Source of the DNA: Octopus vulgaris
Lineage: Eukaryota
Length of the DNA: 64,000 nucleotides
NCBI GenBank assembly: GCA_951406725.2
Contig: OX597819.1
Location: forward strand, 120,776,001-120,840,000
Direction: 5' to 3'
How positions within the stretch are numbered: position 1 is the stretch's first letter; each line of letters opens with the position of its first letter. Made by a program: the position numbers and the translations under genes. The notes beneath the pieces are model-generated. The model had not been told where the DNA came from, did not search any database, and saw only the letters and a program-made list of their open reading frames with translations. Shown here one piece after another: positions 57,869 through 64,000 of the stretch.

Positions 57869-58399
57869 TGATACTTACGATCTAAGACCGTATTCCTGGG
57901 ATGATTAAATCGACACAGCTTGGTACAAGTCAAAAAGACTGATATTGCCAGTGGGTACCATAGTTTCCTGTAAACTAACTTAATGAATATATATGTATAC
58001 AAAGGCTAAACCGTTTCCCTGCAGGTATTAGGTAAGACCACGATGCCAAATTTTTAGCATCACTCTTTCATAAATTAGAGATGACAGAGGAAATTTAAAT
58101 ATAAATAAGGTAAGTTTATAGTTAATAAAAGAATGGAATATTCATTTATAAGGTATAAATAAAGTTGGGGAAATTTGTATATATGCAAGTACACAAGCAT
58201 ACATATACACACATGCATAACGTATCCGTACATCCATATATATATATATACACAGAGGCACCGCATATAGCCACACATATACATAATCCACACTTACATA
58301 TCCACGCATATACGTATATACGCATACAAACATGTACATGCGCAAACATAATACGTATGCACACTCACATATACATGTGTATATATATATACACATGTA

Positions 58400-58812
58400 T
58401 AGGAGTGGCTGTGTGGTAAGTAGCTTGATTACCAACCACATGGTTCCGGGTTCAGTCCCACTGTGTGGCACCTTGGGCAAGTGTCTTCTACTATAGCCTC
58501 AGGCCGACCAAAGCCTTGTGAGTGGATTTGGTAGACGGAAACTGAAAGAAGCCTGTCGTATATATGTATATATATATATATGTGTGTGTGTGTGTTTGCG
58601 TGTCTGTGTTTGTCCCTCTAGCATTGCTTGACAACCGATGCTGGTGTGTTTATGTCCCCGTCACTTAGCGGTTCGGCAAAAGAGACCGATGGAATAAGTA
58701 CTGGGCTTACAAAGAATAAGTCCCGAGGTCGAGTTGCTCGATTAAAGGCGGTGCTCCAGCATGGCCGCAGTCAAATGACTGAAACACGTAAAAGAGTAAA
58801 AGAGTAAAGAGT
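58400..58812 (+). mobile_element. young, consensus-like SINE family B
   Basis: All blocks intact; (AAAAGAGT)n tail; TATA on both sides. Confidence 0.92.
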
Positions 58813-58964
58813 ATATATAGGCGTGTCTACGCTTTTTAACCATCATTCCTAAGAAGAAGGGGGTGATCGGTAAAAAGTGTAAACGCATATATATTTAAGG
58901 CATATGTATACAAGATTTATTTCACATCTTGCACAATATATATGAAATTATGAGTCATACTGCC

Positions 58965-59252
58965 AAGGTGCGTGTCTTGGCGGTTACGGATATCAGTGCC
59001 GATCGTAAGAGTTCGATACACGGAGGTACATTGCAGCCTCCAACAAGACGTTTTATTTTACATAACCTCAGTCCACTAAGCTGGCAAATATGAGTTGTAC
59101 CTGTATTTCAAAGGTCCAGCCTTGTCCCATAATGTGTCACGCTAAGAAGTATGTTAAAGGTAGGCGTGTATATGTAGGGTTCAGCCACTTGTACGTTAAT
59201 ATCATGATCAGATCATCTGGGTCCCTTATCTCCGTAACCGACGGAATGCCAT
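58965..59252 (+). mobile_element. old SINE family D head + CAAAGG..GTAACCGACGG tail
   Basis: CAGTCCACTAAGCTGGCAAA core, then TGTACCTGTATTTCAAAGG as in 32180-32345. Confidence 0.65.
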
Positions 59253-59885
59253 TTAGTTATACTATAAAACTGAACTAAATTTCTTTGATAGTTCAATTAA
59301 ATAATTTTTCTTTTCAGTGGTCTGTTTGTCAGACGTGACGTTTTAATATTTTAATATTTTATCCATTTCTTTATCAAGAGCCATAGGCGATATTCCAGGG
59401 TGCATAATGCTTTATACATCGTATCTTTTCCCTCATCATTAGACAAAGATTGAGGTTTGAATGCATATAAATACAAAAAACAAGAAGAAATATATGTATT
59501 TTGTTAAGTGTTCAAATCGAAGGGGTGAAGATATTTTTCACTACGTTTTTGTTCTTTTTTTTTTCATATGAAAGCACATTTCTTTTATAATAAAGTAAAC
59601 ATTATGATAATAGAATGAAAACTGATCACACGACAACATCGCATTCAAATGCAGAATTATCAGTAAATGAAGAAAAAATAATGTACATGACGATTGGACA
59701 AAAATAATTAATAGTTTTAATATCTTTTTCTTAACACAATTGGTATCTGTCTCCATATTCACATACAAGTACACACACATATATATATATATATGGATGT
59801 ATATGTAAGTATATAAATGCATGCATATTATGTATATATATATATATATATATGGATGTATATGTATATGTAAGTATATAAATGC

Positions 59886-59925
<40 letters not shown>

Positions 59926-60436
59926 TACACACTCACACGCATACACACATATAGTTGTTTAGCAAATATGGGCGATGTTAACATCGATGAAAGCATTATC
60001 TGATAAAGACTCAAGAGGAAATGAAGAGACAAATATACATACTTTCTATAATTAGCAAGTTGTATATAAATGTATGTGCACGTGTATATTATGTGCAATG
60101 TGTACGTGTATATTTCTATGCAATTGTGCATGAGTGAAATTGTGTGAAATATACCTATGGCTGAGAATAATTCTGAAGTTTCCTACGAGCTTCGGATATC
60201 TTAAAAAGCGATAATACAAATGTATGTACGGATGTATGTATGTGTGTATGTATGTATGTGTGAGTGCATGTATGTATGTATGTATGTATGTATGTATGCA
60301 TGTATGTTTGTAATATATGTATGCATATACCAGCATGTATATATATATATACATACAAATCCATATATATATATATAAATATATATAAATATATGTATAT
60401 ATATATAAATATATGTATATATATATATACATATAT

Positions 60437-60517
<81 letters not shown>

Positions 60518-60833
60518 TATATGCGTGTGTGTGTCAGTGTATGTGTGTGCGTGTATGTGTGTGTCTGTGTGTTGTATTAAAAACTATTTTGCTTCGAGTT
60601 GATGGGGTTGCTCTATGCTTTTCTAGAATACAAATTTCACATTGTTAAACAAGAATATTATTGATAGTGACTTCGAAGTTTCAAAAAGCTGAACCATCAT
60701 CTGACTGCGATGCTTTCAAGTTAATCTTGAGTCTGCGTTTAGTTAAAAAAAATCTTCCTTGGTGGTGTGGGTTTGAGTGGACTGGTAATTAGATGTTATG
60801 GTGGACTGTTATCCAAACACGCACCTACATATT

Positions 60834-61410
60834 CTTTTCTACTGTAGGCACAGGGCCCGAAATTTTGGTGGAGTTCCCAGTCGATTAGATCGACCCCAGT
60901 ACGTAACTGATACTTAATTTATCGTTCCGTAAAGGATGAAATGCAAAGTCGACCTCCGCGGAATTAGAACTCAGAACGTTAAGACAGACGAAATGCCTAT
61001 TTCTTTACTGCCCACAAGGGGCTAAACACAGAGGAGACAAACAAGGACAGATAAAGGGATTAAGTCGATTATATCGATCCCATTGCGTAACTTGTACTTA
61101 TTTAATCGACCCCGAAAGGATGAAAGGGAAAGTCGACCTCGGCGGAATTTGAACTCAGAACGTAGCGGGAGACGAAATACCTATTTCTTTACTACCCACA
61201 AGGGGCTAAACACAGAGGGGACAAACAAGGACAGACAAACGGATTAAGCCTATTATTTCGACCCAGTGCGTAACTGGTACTTAATTTATCGACCCCGAAA
61301 GGATGAAAGGCAAAGTCGACCTCGACGGAATTTGAACTCAGAACGTAACGGCAGGCGAAATACCGCTAAGCATTTCGCCCGGCGTGCTAACGTTTCTGCC
61401 AGGTCGCCTT
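60834..61410 (-). mobile_element. trimeric SINE family A with TSD
   Basis: head+core+tail1 / core+tail1 / core+tail2; CACGCACCTACATATT (60818-60833) vs CACACACTTAAATATT (61414-61429). Confidence 0.9.
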
Positions 61411-61547
61411 TTTCACACACTTAAATATTGACATAGATATTTTATACACAACTACATCTATGTTACACATCATGAATCTATAGCAGTCTGTATGAAAGAC
61501 AATGCCTCGTTTTCCCTTCAGGAAACCTCAACTCTTGGGTAACTGGT

Positions 61548-62215
61548 GTGTTCCTTAACTTCAGGTAGTTTATTTCATATATTACACGTGATTATTGGTC
61601 ATATTAAGGGTGGCTAGGTGGTAGAATCAGTAGCACCGTGCGAAAAATGCCTAGCGACCTTTCTTCCGTCGTCACGATTCTGAGTTCAAATTCCGTCGAG
61701 GTCGTGTTCCTTAGTCTTCAGGTGAAGTTTGTTTCATAGGGTATTACACATGATTATTGTTAGTCATCTTATAGGTGGCTAGGTGGTAGAATCGGTCAGC
61801 ACCCTGCGAAAAATGCCTAGCGACATTACTTCCGTCGTCACGTTCTGAGTTCAAATTCCGTCGAGGTCGACATAGACTTTCATCTTTTCGGGGTCGATAA
61901 AATAAAAATCACTTACGTAATGGCGTCGATGAAATCGACTGTACCCTTCCCACAAACTGCAGGGTATGTACCCATAGCAGAGAGCATTGTTAGTCATATT
62001 ATAGGTGGCGTGCTAGCAGAATCGTCAGCACGTCGGGGAAAATGCTTAGCAGCATTTCATCTGTCGTTACGTTCTGAGTTCAAATCCTGCCAAGGTCGAC
62101 TTAGCCTTTCATCTTTTTGGGGTCGAAAATAAGTACCAGTTACGCACTGCGGTCGATAAAATCGACTATACCCCTCCCCAAATTGCAGGCCTTGTGCCTC
62201 TAGTAGAAAGTGTTA
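61548..62215 (+). mobile_element. older SINE family A copies with a local tandem duplication including 5' flank
   Basis: GTTCCTTA..TTCAGGT..ATTACAC.TGATTATTG flank plus SINE head repeated at ~61548 and ~61705; third copy from ~62004. Confidence 0.78.
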
Positions 62216-62549
62216 TTAGTTTTATTAAAATATAAATAGTTTCTAAATTCTATGATATGAACTTTCGTCAAAGTATGTCATATTTAGATACATATTAACT
62301 TACGTTTATCAATATACACCGTGCATAGATCGGTGTAAAACACGTATATTCCTGTTAATACGTACATGCATACAGGAATGCACATATTCATACACCAGTC
62401 TGTGTATATAGAGGGATGTTTAGGTATTTTTAGGTACGTGCGGTACGAAGAGTGTACTAACGCAGATTTTGTCTGTCTGTCTTCATCACAGTCCTACACA
62501 CTCTATATCATACTCAGGTATATACACGCACATGCACACATATACGTAT

Positions 62550-62733
62550 ATTGGTTTCAAATTTTGGCACAAGGCCAGTAATTTCAGGTGAGCGGGCAAG
62601 CTGATTATATCTACCCCAGTGCTCAACTAGCACCTATTATATCGTCCAGAAAGTCGACCTCGGCGGAATGTGAACTCAGAGTGTAAGTTAGGTGGAAATG
62701 CCGGCTTGTTAACGATTCTTCCAGCTCACCACC
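62550..62733 (-). mobile_element. old SINE family A monomer
   Basis: AAAGTCGACCTCGGCGGAATGTGAACTCAGA and tail 2. Confidence 0.75.
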
Positions 62734-62859
62734 TTACAAACGTATGCATAAATTACGTAAATTAGCACACACACACACACACACACACACTTCACACACA
62801 CACCTCACACACAAACACACACACACACACATTTGTATATGTATGTATATGTGTATATA

Positions 62860-63759
62860 CGGGGTCTGATCAATAAGTATCCGGACCGTTGCCATGTTAA
62901 CGAAGCTAAAGCACGCAGAGTGAAACCACTCGGCGAAGGTAGCTCTGCTGGGCATGCGCACTAAGATCTAACGTTTGAGATCACTTCCGCTCTTTACAGT
63001 AGAGCTTTACAGTAGAGCTTGGAAGGAAAGTGTGTAGTGTGTGGTTGTTGCATTGACCATGACAGAGAAAGTTATCATGGTAATACCTGCTCAGAGGCCA
63101 ACGCAAAGTTACAGAAAGTGTATGGAGAGGAGTGCATGAACCGCACACAAGTGTACGAGTAGATCCAACATTTCCAAGATGGCCGAAAAATGTCGATATT
63201 GACGAACGTTCTCAAAGACACGTAGCCAACAGAACCGAAAAAAACATCGTAGATGTGCATGTAGCTGTGAGGTGAAATCGTCGAATCCCCCATCCGTGAG
63301 TTACCAGAGGATTTGCAGATTAGCTACGATCCAGTTCAGTCTATTATCACTGAAGATTTGGGTATGAGATGCGTGTCTGTCCACGTTTATGCCAAACTGC
63401 TTTCAGCTGACCAAAAAAACACTCGGGTTTCAGTTGCACAAGATACCTTTGATTGCGTCGAGAGAGATGAAAACTTTTCCAAAATTTTGCGTAGGCCTCT
63501 GAGTAATTACCGCCAAACTTTTTGCAACATTTGATGCAGATTCTCAGCTCAAAATTCTCTGCCACGGTCAACGCAACGACCACACGCTACACACGTTCTT
63601 TCCAAGCTCTGCTGTAAAGAGCGGAAGTGAGCCAGAACGTTATGGCTTAATTCGCATGCGCAGCAGGTTTTATTATTAATCTGTGCCAAGTCGCTTCACA
63701 CTGTGTTCTTTAGATTCGTTACTATGGCAACAGTCCGGATACTTATTCATCAGACCACG
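62860..63759. mobile_element. mariner derivative made of two inverted 5' ends
   Basis: TA|CGGGGTCTGATCAATAAGTATCCGGAC ... GTCCGGATACTTATTCATCAGACCACG|TA. Plus strand: LQKVYGEECMNRTQVYE*..FQDGR...DER, VQSIITEDLGMR.VS...KLLSADQK. Minus strand: ELRICIKCCKKFG.NYSEAY (transposase N-terminus). Confidence 0.9.
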
Positions 63760-63936
63760 TACGTGTGTGTGTATATAGATATATGCCTGGTATGCATGGG
63801 CGACTTCTGGTCTTCCATAAACAATCCTGCCCGGACTTGTGCATCAGAGTGGACCATACTAGGTGTAATCCCATGGTGTAATCCCATGGTCATTCACGAT
63901 CATGTGTCTGTGTGTATATATATATATGTAGGTAGT

Positions 63937-64000
63937 GAGGGCGCGTGGCTTAGTGGTTAGGGCATTCGGCTCATGATCGTAAGGTTGTGAGTTCGATTCC
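63937..64000 (+). mobile_element. tRNA-like head of SINE family D, cut by the window end
   Basis: GGCGCGTGGCTTAGTGGTTAGGG A-box and GAGTTCGATTCC B-box; matches the head at 17280-17351. Confidence 0.75.

Noticed and set aside
63937-64000. tRNA gene (also at 31983, 32833 and 17280)
   Set aside because: A and B boxes are present, but the homologues continue into SINE bodies and lack a proper acceptor stem.

Overview
AT-rich metazoan non-coding DNA, most likely from an octopus or other coleoid cephalopod, judging by the SINE repertoire and very high microsatellite load (inference). No host protein-coding exon, rRNA, true tRNA gene or CRISPR array could be supported, and nearly all ORFs in the track are translated microsatellites. 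The window is a mosaic of microsatellites and mobile elements. These include two young 5'-truncated L1/Tx1-like LINEs inside one (ATCT)n tract, an internally deleted R4/Dong-like LINE and a ~550-bp companion element inside (AAT)n, decayed CR1-, RTE- and hAT-like coding remnants, three mariner derivatives (two fold-backs), several other MITEs, at least four tRNA-derived SINE families with shuffled heads and tails and TSD-flanked multimers, and Penelope-like ends carrying minimal hammerhead-ribozyme-like motifs. The best leads are the possible (ATCT)n-targeting Tx1 LINE, the hammerhead-like motifs (one with a U3-A8 compensatory core) and the multimeric SINE. Family names are assigned by eye from remembered motifs, not from database searches.
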